64,000 bases of DNA from Octopus bimaculoides (taxonomy: Eukaryota). How positions within the stretch are numbered: the first letter of the stretch is position 1; each line of letters opens with the position of its first letter. Where the stretch lies: NCBI RefSeq assembly GCF_001194135.2, contig NC_068981.1, positions 180,835,047 through 180,899,046 on the forward strand, read 5' to 3'. Of the stretch, positions 26,508-39,316 are shown piece by piece. The translations under genes were made by a program, and so were the position numbers. A model generated the notes under the pieces. It was not told the origin of the DNA, ran no database searches, and saw nothing but the letters and a program-made list of their open reading frames with translations.

Positions 26508-27578
26508 CTAGCAGAAATACCCAGCTTTGCCTGGGTTAAAGAGAATAATGAAATCTAAAAACGCCGTCTAGACTACGCAACCCTCAACTGTTAGTAGCTA
26601 CGATACCATATTTCTACATTAATAACTCTCCAATCCATGCCAGCATGGAACATAGACATTAAGTGGAATACCAGTCTCTCATCTAGGAGGGCCTTGAAAT
26701 CAATGTTACCAACTGGGGACTATGTGTGTCGTAGTGATAATAAAAAGACCCAATGGAGGTCTGCAACGAAATAATTTTACTCAACACTTTGCAAGTGAAT
26801 CAGTGGAGGCAAAGATGCGTCTCATNNNNNNNNNNNNNNNNNNNNNNNNNNNNNNNNNNNNNNNNNNNNNNNNNNNNNNNNNNNNNNNNNNNNNNNNNNN
26901 NNNNNNNNNNNNNNNNNNNNNNNNNNNNNNNNNNNNNNNNNNNNNNNNNNNNNNNNNNNNNNNNNNNNNNNNNNNNNNNNNNNNNNNNNNNNNNNNNNNN
27001 NNNNNNNNNNNNNNNNNNNNNNNNNNNNNNNNNNNNNNNNNNNNNNNNNNNNNNNNNNNNNNNNNNNNNNNNNNNNNNNNNNNNNNNNNNNNNNNNNNNN
27101 NNNNNNNNNNNNNNNNNNNNNNNNNNNNNNNNNNNNNNNNNNNNNNNNNNNNNNNNNNNNNNNNNNNNNNNNNNNNNNNNNNNNNNNNNNNNNNNNNNNN
27201 NNNNNNNNNNNNNNNNNNNNNNNNNNNNNNNNNNNNNNNNNNNTCTCGTTCTCTCTCTCTGAAAGTATCTGTTATTACAGTATCGAAATGTGATTGTTTC
27301 AGTTAGTGGAATAGTTTCATTTTTAAAGTGAAAGTATTTGACATGAGTGTTTTTGTTTCACTTTTGACACGTAATACTTAAATAGTGGAGGAGATATTAT
27401 GTTGCCGTGGGCTCGAACTCTGCAAGAAGTTAAAATTTTTTTGACTAAAACACAACTGGAACCCTAAGTAAGGCATCTGTAAAATTTGAATGAAATTGGT
27501 TGCGTAGTTCTCGAGTTTTAGGGATTCACACACACACACAGACAGACAGACACACATTCTCATTTTTATATATATAGA
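26508..27578 (-). mobile_element. Non-autonomous Helitron-type element spanning a gap
   Basis: On the minus strand: a|TCtatatatataaaaatgag at the 5' end; hairpin acccag-gcaaag-ctgggt then ..CTAG|t at the 3' end. Insertion between A and T, no TSD. Confidence 0.7.
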
Positions 27579-28360
27579 TAGATAGATTAAGGTACTTAGT
27601 TTCCCATTCATAATGGCTGCATTAGACACAGAGCAATTTTCTGTTTCATTTAAACATTAAAAAAAAAATGCATATATTCAAAATAACTTTTAATTATAAC
27701 TTTATTGCTTGTTTTATTCACTTGTTACTCAATTACATCCCATTCTGAAGAAACTCATACCCTACCAAAATATTGCTATTCTCTCCTCCTCTGGTGGGGT
27801 ATGCCACCCACCTTGAGAAATACTGCTTACACACAGATCAAGTGACTTCTTCACACCAGTCTAGGTGAAGTGAGACAAGACAGAAACAAAATGAAACACC
27901 AACAACAGATTTATTCTTGACTGACTGACCTATGAATAAGTAATCCAGCCATCGTAGTTCTGGAATGAGAGACACAGGCATTGAAGGAAGAACAATTAAA
28001 ATTTCATGACATTTTCTTTGGATTGAATAGGGGATTAACGAAAAACTATGTGTTTCTCAAACCTATTGAAAATATCCAAATGCCACATTACCAGCTACTC
28101 TACTACCTACAATATTTGATGGCATAGAAGATGCACTTTTTTTTACCAAAAAGAATGCCTCAAAAATTCATCCCAGGTCTTATATGCAAGGTTGAGCCTA
28201 TCTTACATACTTTAATGCACTAAAACCATTTCCTAAATATACACTGCTGAAATTGGGGTGTGTCTAATATGCCTTTGCATCTTTTATGCCATCAAATACA
28301 GTACCTCTGTGCGTGTAGGCCTACTCGAGTAGGGCTGTCAGGGACTAAGTAATAAATTTA

Positions 28361-28820
28361 TGAGGAGCATTCCAGAAGTTTTGAGAATTAATGTACTTGT
28401 AGTGTTCCAACTTCTTCATGAAGGGCCCATGGAAGTCCTTCAAAGTGAAAGTGTCCAGGACCCTTGTCACAATCTCCATATTCTCAATGTTTTCAAAGTG
28501 ACTGCCCCTGACGGTCTATTTCAGCTTGGAAAAAAAAAAGCAAAAGTGACAGGGAGCAAAGTCTGGATAGTAAGAAGGGCGAGCGACAGTTTTGATCTCT
28601 CTCTCTCTCAACTAGTTGGTTACCAAGGTGGAATTGTAGACTGATGCATTGTTCTGGTGCAAGTACCACTGACCCGAGTGGAAAAGCTCTGGCCTTTTGC
28701 AATGAAATCTCTTTCTGAACTCCCTCAAACCTCCACAAAATACTCTTTATTGACCATCTATCTAGAGAGAACCCAGCGGATGTAGATGATACCCTTGCTT
28801 TCATAAAAAGGAGCTCATCA
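28361..28820 (-). mobile_element. mariner (DD34D-type) transposase relic, 3' half with TIR
   Basis: KRPELFHSGQWYLHQNNASVYNS..IKTVARPSYYPDFAPCHF (decayed HDNA and YSPDLAP motifs). End ta|tgaggagcattcc. Confidence 0.8.
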
Positions 28821-29769
28821 TGAGCTTCTTAGTGGACTTGCTTTGCCTGGCTTTCTTGAGTCAAGGAGAGCTAGGATGTTTCCATTAGGTACTCTGTCTC
28901 TTGGTCTCTGGATTCCTCATAATAACAGACCCAGCTTTTGTCACAGGTCACTAGAGACTGAAGTATTCTTGGTCTGGAAGTAATGAGCTCAAATTCTATA
29001 CCATGTTTTAATGTAGATATACCCTATTCCAACATGTAGCATATTTTAGTTACCCGTACTACATGTTCTGGTACTAGATCCTTCCTGTATCATATAGACT
29101 CATAGGGCGAGTTTCCTGATACCCACCATGTATATATTCACCCTCTGAATGGGATGCTGGTCTGTCGCAGGAATACTCACTTTTGCCAGCTGAGTGGACT
29201 GGAGCAATGTGAAATGAAGTGTTTTGCTCAAGAACACAATGCGTCACCCGGTCCAGGAAATGAAACCTCAATGTTGCAATCATTAGTCCAACACCCTAAC
29301 CACTAAGCCACATGCCTCCATACAAGTTCTGGTATTAGAGTAGGAGACAACTGAAAAACTGTTAGCAACAAGACCTGGCCATAATATGACTACCTCAGAA
29401 GAGTCATTTGATCCATCCCAGCATGGAAAAGCTGACATAAAACACTGCAGTGGCTAATGATCATGGTATTAAAAAAAAAAATCAATAGCCACCAGCTGGT
29501 GGACAAAGGGATTATTATTTTTTTTTGAGTTTTTTTTCTTTTTTTTCATTTCAGTTGTTATTTTTCATTTTACAACAACAACTGATGATTGTTTTCTAAG
29601 TTATAGGCAACAGCAGATACAAATATATTCCATTAGAAATATAGCTGCAAACATTGTCAACTATATTTGGAAACTGTGTGTTTGTGTGAGGTGTGTGTAA
29701 AGAGATTTTTAAGAACATAAGAAATTGAGTGGGAATACAGATAAAAGAAATATGTATGTGTGTGTGTGT

Positions 29770-30051
29770 AGGAGTGGCTGTGTGGTAAGTAGCTTGCTTA
29801 CCAACCACATGGTTCCAGGTTCAGTCCCACTGCGTGGCACCTTGGGCAAGTGTCTTCCATTTATAGCCTTGGGCCGACCAAAGCCTTGTGAGACGGAAAC
29901 TGAAAGAAGCCCGCCGTATATATNNNNNNNNNNNNNNNNNNNNNNNNNNNNNNNNNNNNNNNNNNNNNNNNNNNNNNNNNNNNNNNNNNNNNNNNNNNNN
30001 NNNNNNNNNNNNNNNNNNNNNNNNNNNNNNNNNNNNNNNNNNNNNNNNNNN

Positions 30052-30100
<49 letters not shown>

Positions 30101-30304
30101 TTGTGTGTCTGTGTTTGTTCCCCCACCATCGCTTGACAACCGATGCAGGTGTGTTTACATCCCCGTAACCTAGCGGTTCGGCAAAAAGAGACCGATAGAA
30201 TAAGTACTAGGCTTACAAAGAATAAGTCCTGGGGTCGATTTGCTCGACTAAAGGCGGTGCTCCAGCATGCCCGCAGTCAAATGACTGAAACGAGTAAAAG
30301 AGTA
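29770..30304 (+). mobile_element. SINE family A, full-length copy with internal gap
   Basis: Head at 29770, tail gagtaaaagagta at about 30304. Confidence 0.85.
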
Positions 30305-31116
30305 TATATATGTGTGTGTGTCATTGTGTTTGTCCCACCCACCACTTGACAACTGACATTGGTTTGTTTACATCCCCATAACCTAAGGGCTTGGCAAAAG
30401 CGATATATTCATGCCAGTGACATGTAAAAAGCACCCAGCACACTTTATAAACTAGTCAGCATTAGGAAGGGCATCCAGCCATAGAAACCATGCCACAACC
30501 AGCTGCTGAAGTTTAGACAGATCCATGTCAAACCATCCAACTCATGCCAGCATGGAAAGAGGATGCTAAACAATGATGATGATGATAATATATATGTTAG
30601 AAAGACCTTCAACAACATTAACATGTCACCAAATAAATCATATCCAGTAAATGTTATCTGGTAATTATTTTATTGGCTGCAGAAGGATGTAAAAACAAAT
30701 TTGAAGTCAGAATGTAACGATACTGCAAGGCATTTTACTCACTGCCATCCACCATGTGTTTGTGTGTATGTGTATTATATATGTATATAAGTGTGTGTAT
30801 GTATATATATATATATATGGCTTAGTGGTCAGGGTATTGCACTCACAATAGTGAGATCATGGGTTCGATACCCAGACCAGGCGTTGTGTTGTGTCCTTGG
30901 GTAAAGCACTTCATTTCACATTGCTCTGCAATCATTTCGTCATCTGATATGTGACATCTGTTGCACCTGTACAGGTAATGTCGATTTGATGGAAGGAGTG
31001 AGCTTTTGTGTACACAAGCATTTGATCACTATAAACAAATCATCCGTGTGGTTGTTCGATAAGAAATTGTCAAACCCTCATACATCGTCTAACGATGGGA
31101 GAGTCCATCATATATG

Positions 31117-31175
<59 letters not shown>

Positions 31176-32898
31176 NNNNNNNNNNNNNNNNNNNNNNNNN
31201 NNNNNNNNNNNNNNNNNNNNNNNNNNNNNNNNNNNNNNNNNNNNNNNNNNNNNNNNNNNNNNNNNNNNNNNNNNNNNNNNNNNNNNNNNNNNNNNNNNNN
31301 NNNNNNNNNNNNNNNNNNNNNNNNNNNNNNNNNNNNNNNNNNNNNNNNNNNNNNNNNNNNNNNNNNNNNNNNNNNNNNNNNNNNNNNNNNNNNNNNNNNN
31401 NNNNNNNNNNNNNNNNNNNNNNNNNNNNNNNNNNNNNNNNNNNNNNNNNNNNNNNNNNNNNNNNNNNNNNNNNNNNNNNNNNNNNNNNNNNNNNNNNNNN
31501 NNNNNNNNNNNNNNNNNNNNNNNNNNNNNNNNNNNNNNNNNNNNNNNNNNNNNNNNNNNNNNNNNNNNNNNNNNNNNNNNNNNNNNNNNNNNNNNNNNNN
31601 NNNNNNNNNNNNNNNNNNNNNNNNNNNNNNNNNNNNNNNNNNNNNNNNNNACGACCCACGCATGAATACACACACACACACATAAGCTCCTTTCAGTTTC
31701 TGTCAATCAAATCCACTCCCAAGGTTTTGGTTTGTCCAAGGCTATAGTAGAAGACACTTGCCCAAAGTGCCATGCAGTGGGACTGACCCCAGAACCATGT
31801 GGCTGAGAAACAAACTTCTAACCACACAGCTACTCATGCATCTACTACATATATAAAATTAGAACTCCAAGAGGAAAAGAAAGAAATTTATGTTTCCATT
31901 GTCTAATCAGTCATTATAGTTAACAATAAGTGTAGTTTCAGAAACCTGACAAATGCAGGAAAGAAAAGAGAGGGAGAAAATAGTAATGATAATCTTCCTT
32001 AAAGATGAATGATTCATAAATCCTTGTATCTCATATTTATATGAAACTAAGGTTTCTGAATCACTATGCAATTACAGAATTATATGAAACATGATACTGA
32101 AGAAAAAAGAAAAAAAATCACAAGGGTGTGTATGTGTTCCAATATAAGTATATGGACATTTAATTATTGTCAGTGATACCAGTTTAGCAATGAAGAATAC
32201 AAATTATTGTGTCAGAAATAAAGATTAAAATCTCTGCTAAGAAGGATTTGGAATTATTCAGTTATAGAGTTCTATGTATTAAGATCTGTCACGTTCTTTC
32301 CACCTGACCCTGTTGTATATACACTTTATACATGTTTTCACCCCAGCTCCCGCCACTTTGATATAATTGGTCTATCTGTTATCTTTACATTCCCTCAGGT
32401 ATTAGTGTAAATTATATCTAATATGGTGCAAGAGTTTTAATAGCAATGTCAGACCCCTAAAAGGGACATGTGACACGCCCACAGGGACAAATAATGGAAG
32501 CAGAAATGGATCCTTTAATTTTAGTTGTGACTACAAACATCTCTGCCACCAAAATCCACCCTTGGGCAGACACCTGAAATAGCTGAGAGCAACCAAGTTA
32601 TTTGATATACTTGGGATGTATCGCACATGCTAATTAAACAACTTTACTCTCGTTATATTCCTTCTTGAGTAGATAAACACCAAAGAAAATTTTGGGGGCA
32701 GTTTTGAAGGGTGGGGTGGGGAGGGGTGCATTTACTTAATCATCTGAGCTGGTAATGTAATACCAAATTTACACCTTAAAAAATTCTCAGATACCATAAG
32801 TGGATCTTGTCTTAATTCCTATGAGTAGACATGATTCAAAATATAAGTAAAATAGGACAGTTTATGTGATTCCTTTCATAACATCTTTATAATTTTAA

Positions 32899-33218
32899 CC
32901 TAATATATACTACATTTGATGGTGTATAATGTGCATTTTTGTTTCCAGAAACAGGTCTCAAAAAAATCGTCCCAGCTCTTATATTTAAAGCTGCTTTAAA
33001 TATTACACACCTTAATCAAATTCTTGGTATAATACACTGCTTTGTTTTAACTTTGGTGATAACGAAAAATTTAGTAAAATAATTTTATTATTATCAAACT
33101 AGAGACTGAAACATTAACATGAAATATTTATGGATGGCTTTAATTTAGTTCACTTTAAAATAAGAAGTTTGTATTTATAGATCCAGGGACAGTCTTGGGT
33201 GATTTTGTATTAAAAGGG
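32899..33218. mobile_element. Possible piggyBac-type MITE
   Basis: Flanked by TTAA on both sides; right end aaaggg|ttaa; left end decayed. Confidence 0.4.
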
Positions 33219-33939
33219 TTAATGCACTTTTTTTCCTGAATGTTGGTGCTGAAACTGAGGTGAATCTAGTATGCCTCTCTGCCTTTTATGCCATCCAAAG
33301 TCAATAACAGGAATTCAATTCAACAACCTTCATTTTTCAAAACTTCAATAACCAAATAAAAACACCAGTGTCTGCAAAAATTAGTGGCAATTTGCGTCAT
33401 CAAAAATCCTTTAGTGAATTTCATACATTTGCATTTATATTTCAAATCCAGAGAGGGAAAAATCAGTTATTTCATGTTTTGTGGACATTAAATGAAGATT
33501 ATGATGATGACATTTGGTGGTGGGGCCACTTTTTGTTATGAGATACAAAATCTTAATTCAGCTGGACTATCATCAACCATTATGGCCCATTCTTGCCTTA
33601 CCTGTCAAAGATAGTTGACATGTCAAGCATGAAACTGAGTTAGCTAAAACAAAGAGGATTCGCTTGAAATCTAATCTGTTGGTTAATCTTACACAATAAA
33701 GTACAGGTTTGATAAACCAATATATGACAGGTGACCTGTTATTGTCTAGCACTGTACTCTGTTTGCTACTCAAACATCAGTCCTGTAGAAGGAAACATTT
33801 TAAGGATGTTTGTAATTATAAAGGACATAACCTCTAAAACAAATGATTTTAAAACTGACATTATGGTTGGTTATGAAACAAACTTCTTAACCACACACCG
33901 ATGCCTATAGGTATTCATGCCTAACATTTGATATATACA

Positions 33940-33977
<38 letters not shown>

Positions 33978-34135
33978 TCTCTGAGTGGTTGGCGTTATGA
34001 AGGGCATCCAGCTGTAGAAACTCTGCCAAGTTTAGATTGGAGCCTGGTGTTGCCATCCGGTTTAACCAGTCCTCAGTCAAATTGTCCAACCCATGCTAGC
34101 ATGGAAAGCGGACGTTAAACGATGATGATGATGAT
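33978..34135 (+). mobile_element. RTE tail fragment (left arm of an inverted pair)
   Basis: Near-consensus tail ending in (GAT)n. Confidence 0.85.
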
Positions 34136-34412
34136 TAATTACTGGTGAAGGCCAGTTTATAGGGTTATCCTGGGTTTCTCGCCATAAAGGGTGAATCTTT
34201 AGACCCTAAAACCTGTTGGCCTATGACCTCTTTAATATATGGAGGTGGGTATCCAAGGTCAAATCATTCCATATTCATAAAAGTTTCCCTCTTCATATTT
34301 TAAAGAGGCCATAGGCCAACGGGTCTTAGGGTCTGAAGATATGCCATAAAGGGTACCTTTGTGGCAAGAAACTCAGGGTAACCCTATAAACCGGCCTTCA
34401 CCAGTAATTAAT
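34134..34412. mobile_element. Palindromic (foldback) MITE, about 280 bp
   Basis: Ends attaattactggtgaaggccagtttatagggttatcctgggtttc.. / ..gaaactcagggtaaccctataaaccggccttcaccagtaattaat. The inner arms taaaacctgttggcctatgacctcttta / taaagaggccataggccaacgggtctta also pair. Confidence 0.8.
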
Positions 34413-34497
34413 ATAGACTGCTCTACTTCTTAGAGTGCTTCTTCTCCGGATTTATGTTTTTCTAAAAAAAAACAATATGTATATATATATATATATA

Positions 34498-34655
34498 TCA
34501 TCATCATCATCATCATCATCGTTTAACGTCCGCTTTCCATGCTAGCATGGGTTGGACGATTTGACTGAGGACTGGCGAACCAGATGGCAACACCAGGCTC
34601 CAATCTAATTTGGCAGAGTTTCTACAGCTGGATGCCCTTCCTAACGCCAACCACT
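34498..34655 (-). mobile_element. RTE tail fragment (right arm of the inverted pair)
   Basis: Reverse complement of 33978-34135. Confidence 0.85.
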
Positions 34656-36369
34656 ATATATGGATTTGCCATGATAGATCACTGATCACTACATTTATAT
34701 TTTTTTTCTCCTTGTTTCTCTCCTTGTTTCCTTCCGTGTTCCTTTCTGTTGAAGAGCGTAGGCTCGAAACGTCAAAGACTTTCTCTATTCCCGAGCGTTA
34801 TACTAATACATCCATTTGTTGTTTACACCACCTGTCTTCGTCTGTTGTTTTTTTCGTAAATTCTCCCATATATATTTATATATATGCATGTATTGAAAAG
34901 TGGACATTAAAAGAGTGATGATGATGATGGTGATGATGATGATGCTAGTGAAAAATATATTAGCAACTGTACTTGGTCTGGTCCAGATTTATTAATGACA
35001 TCTCATGAATTCACTAATTTTTGAAAAATTTCATTTAAAAATCATGCTGACAATGTTAGCCCAGAAATGTTGATTCACTCAGAATTATTGCATTCAAGCA
35101 TTTCAGATTGTAGTTAAAGATGAAATTCATAAAAATGCACTGGAGTATGAACAAATTAAGATCATCATCATTATCATCATTGTATTAACAACTGTTTTGG
35201 CATGCTTGCATGATGAGTCAGAGAGTAATCGTTGAGTCAGATTTTTCTATGGCCAGATTCTTTTCTTGTCACCAACCATAGAAAACCTGTCTCAATGAAT
35301 TCCCTCTAACCCATGCAAGCATGAAAATGTTGATGTTTATACAATGATAATGATTGTCGGAACAAATCTTTAATTTTTGTCTTTGCAATTGTATTATGAC
35401 ATTTCTTAACATTAATTAATGATTTAGGCACTGAGAATGTCTTTGTATTCTTCAAACTAACTGCAATAACCCACCTTGCACCACACACCTTATGTTCTAC
35501 CCCACCTCCGATACACTCACAGACTATAAATCAACACCCCTTTTATACCCATACACCCACCACACACACACAAATGCATAAACACATGCAAATGCACTTG
35601 TCTTCGCCAGCCAGAGAGCATCTACATGGTTGATGCTACCTGCTAGAAATAGCAGCCACACCCCTTTCAGTTCACAACTTGCTGTCTTAAAAAAAAAGAC
35701 ACATATGATGATGTAGGTTTGGATACTATGCCTGACAAGAAGACAGGATGGTCACAATTGGAATGCATTTGACCAAAGGTTTGCCCTATCAAGGTTGGTC
35801 TGGGGTTAAACAACAACACATTGACTCTCACACTTCACCACCCATCCACTGAACATACCTTGCACCCACGCCTTACTAATCACACACATATACATACATA
35901 CCCATACACAACCTGGTTTACACACTTAACTTCCTCCTTGGTCATAAACATACATACATACATACAAAAACATATGTCACACATATTCCATTCCATTACC
36001 CCCACACTTATCAAATACACATCAACCTATTTTACATACGACATAAACAAATACAGGTATATCAAATACCATACAGCATAAATTTTCTACTTATTTATCT
36101 CCACCGCTAGAGGATGTTTCATAACTACCGGACGGCAATTAAGATAAGCTCCACTTGCGAAGGGGAGATAATCTCAAGAATCATGAATTTTCCATAACTG
36201 ACAGCCATTAAGGAAAGGCCTGTCTGGAGATAAAAGGATAGTCATGGACATGTGTTTTTGGTTCAATAGCCATCATCAACATGACAATCATTCTGACTTA
36301 TCGCCGGTAAACAAGGAACTTAAGACTTATATAGAAAAATACATTTATGGCCAATATCTACCTATCTAT

Positions 36370-36750
36370 CTAGGGCAGGTAAAATTCCTGAGATCCACAG
36401 ATGAGTTCTCTCCAGCAGTCTTTGTCCCTCTTTATTGCTGTCATGTCCTGTGTCTCCCAGAGGCCAGTGTCTGTCCTTAGGGCATCAACATGTGTCATCC
36501 GCGGTCTCCCTCTTCTAGTGTGTCCGTGTAGGGGCTCCCACAGGAGCACTGAGAGCAGTATCAACTCTGAGTGATGGTGAATATGTCCAGCTAACCTCAG
36601 TCTCTTCTGTGTTATTTTCGAGCTAACTACTGAGAGGCTCTCGTACAGCTCTGAGTTCTTCATCCTCAATGTACACTGATTAATGTTCAGAGCCATCCTC
36701 AGCATTCTCGTGTAGCAATATGGCCAATATAATTTACATAATTTCAACAA
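36370..36750 (-). mobile_element. RTE-type LINE ORF2 C-terminal fragment (different subfamily)
   Basis: YTRMLRMALNI..N.ELY..VSSKI..RLRLAGH..LLWEP.HG..RRGRP.MT.VD.L..DTGL. Confidence 0.8.
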
Positions 36751-38837
36751 AAATAAGTTAAGAGAAATAACTCAGTGGCCTGTGGCATGTATTTGATCAA
36801 CATAGACATATACAGGTATATCCAATACCATACAACATAAATTCTTGGTTTATTAAAAATGCCCTCCCAAGTCAGATTTATTTCCCTTACCATTGTTCAC
36901 ATTTTGGAATGAAAAACAAACCGGTTTTAATTCACTACTTCATGTCTACCATTTAAATGTGATACATTCTCAAATAATATCCCCTGCCTCTCTCTTTCTC
37001 TTCCCATTTTTCCCTTTCATTTTTCTTTTTCCTCCTCCTGTTTTGACGAAGGACCGTTGTCTGAAACACTGACTTAGTTTCATTTTCTTTTCTCTGCAGC
37101 ATTAAATACATTGACTGTACTTTTACTGTTTTGTTTTATTTTTTTACTTATTTCAATGATTGGATTGTGGCCATGCTGGGGCACTGCCTTAAAGGGTTTC
37201 GATGAATAAATTGGACTCCAGTACTTATTTTATCTTTTTTCAACCCTGGTACTTATTCTATTGGTCACTTTGTTGAACCATGAAGTTATGGGGGTGTAAA
37301 CAAACCAACATCAGTTGTTAAGAGGTGGCAGAGAACACACACATACACACACTCATTAGACCAGTTGGAAAATGCATTTGAAATATAGTTAACTAGCAAA
37401 TAAAGAAAAAAGCCTATATTTTTATTACCATGTAAATGTGTTATCGGGCAAAATTTGAAATATTTCACCCCAAATCACATGACAGGACATAAGACCACAT
37501 GAGCCTCTTGACCCTTTCCCCACCCTTCCATGTTTTCCATCCTTCTTTGTTCCAAAAGTGACTGTGCTTGATCTTAAGTTTTGTGTTTTTAATTGGATGA
37601 AAAAGAATTAGCATATATTATTTGTGGTGCCCGTTTTTAACGCCCCAAGAAATCACTAGGTTTGACCAATGCATAGCACAGGCCTTGTGTGTAGATCAGC
37701 TTGATCAAACATATTATGGGGCTAAACAACAATTGTTCCACTTCATTAACTGAGTCAACAATTGATCTCTCTCTCTCTCCCTCAGGCAAAAGGTTTTACT
37801 TGACGCATTACGCTTTTCCTGTACCTCACAAAAAACCGTTTTTATTTCACCTGAAGTACTGAAAATTACATCAATAGATGACTGGCTTATTTGCAGGGAT
37901 TTCTTCAGCCCCAGCCCCCAAATATTGTAATAGCTTTTTTGTTTGTTTTTTTTTTTTGTTTTTTTCATCAAGATATTCTCTCATACCTCAATTTAATAGA
38001 GGTATAATTTCTTTTACTCAATGTAACAAAAATAGTTAACATTCAAATGAATACAGAATTTCAATTCAGAAAACAAAACAAAAAAAATAAACGGAAACCA
38101 ACAAAAAAACACTTATAAATATAAAAGCTGTAAAAGAAAGTATTAAAAAAATAGCAATAACATCATGGAAGAGCTACTTCAACCATCTAAAAAACATACA
38201 AAAACTGATAAATTCATTTTTAATTTATTCCTTGCAGCGTCCAAATTTTTGTCACAGAACTGAAACCTGGTGATCAGATTGCAGCTGAACAATGAAAATT
38301 TCGATACCTGAGGAAATAAAAGAAAAGTATATTTTGCATAATAAGAATTTTAAAAACTAAGGGATATGAAATAAATCCTTTTTAATGGCACAACTCAAAG
38401 TAGATAAATCAGTATTGAGAATCATCATTTCTCATTATCTCTGCCAGTGACGGAATGTTCACTGACATGAGATAGTTGCCTCCATATTATGAGTGCATGT
38501 CATTGGAGTGTGTGTTAGCCATACTCTTCCATACCGACTTAGGGCATGTTGGAAAAAGATATTAATTTGGGAGTTTTCCTCCTCCTAGATTGATTGCTTT
38601 CATCACAGCTGAGGAGCACAATCTACCCTCACAAAAATCTATTTAACCCATAGACAGGACCCTCACAGATACTACCATTCTGGATCAAGATGTACCTGGG
38701 AGTAATGGTTATTAAAGGGTGACTCCACACTCCATACAACCCCAGAACTGGAATCTCATCACCAAATGCAGTTTAATATCATACCAGTATGTAGAATATC
38801 GGGTTAAAAAAAATCCTTGGATGCAAAAAAGTTGAAG

Positions 38838-38907
38838 GCTAGCCATGGGACTCGAACCCACATCTTCGGTGAACATGACAGATGTGCTACCATTACACCA
38901 AAGTAAC
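38838..38907 (-). ncRNA. tRNA-like unit with A box, B box and T6 terminator (tRNA pseudogene or SINE head)
   Basis: TGGTGTAATGG A box, GGTTCGAGTCC B box, T stem gtggg/cccat, imperfect acceptor and anticodon stems; TTTTTT at 38825-38830. Confidence 0.5.
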
Positions 38908-39316
38908 ACTTCAAATTTTTTCTATCTGTTTCAGAAGCTTTGTCCTTAACAGTGAGAATACTATGTTGTCTACATCATAAGAATTCTAGAAACTTTAAAA
39001 GATATGAAATAAATCATTTTAAATGGTAGAAGATAAATCTATAAATAATGGATGTAGAATATTAGGGCAGCTTTCAACGTTTTTTCCATCCCAGGGTTTT
39101 TCAACTCAATATTTTATATGTTATTACTTTATAGTTTTATCAACTTTGAGTTCTGCCATTAAAAATAGTTAATTTAACAGTTTTTGTGTGTTTTTAGATA
39201 ACTAAAATGGTTTTTCCATGATGTAACTGCTTCAGTTTCCACATATTCATTTCCAACCAAATCACTTGCTAGACAAGTACAACCTCCAAAACATAAATAG
39301 TAGTTTGGAAACTTAC

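Larger units (their letters stand above)
6342..39316 (-). other. GT-AG intron of about 33 kb (32,975 bp including gaps) of the crumbs-like gene
   Basis: Lies between two phase-compatible exons. No other EGF-coding exon seen in the readable sequence, but internal N gaps could hide one. Confidence 0.75.

Noticed and set aside
34740-34790. Minimal hammerhead-like motif ctgttga-agagcgtaggctc-gaaac
   Set aside because: The core is CUGUUGA (A6 lost) and stem III/NUH does not form. It is a repeat-derived relic; the same repeat continues at about 62745-62786.
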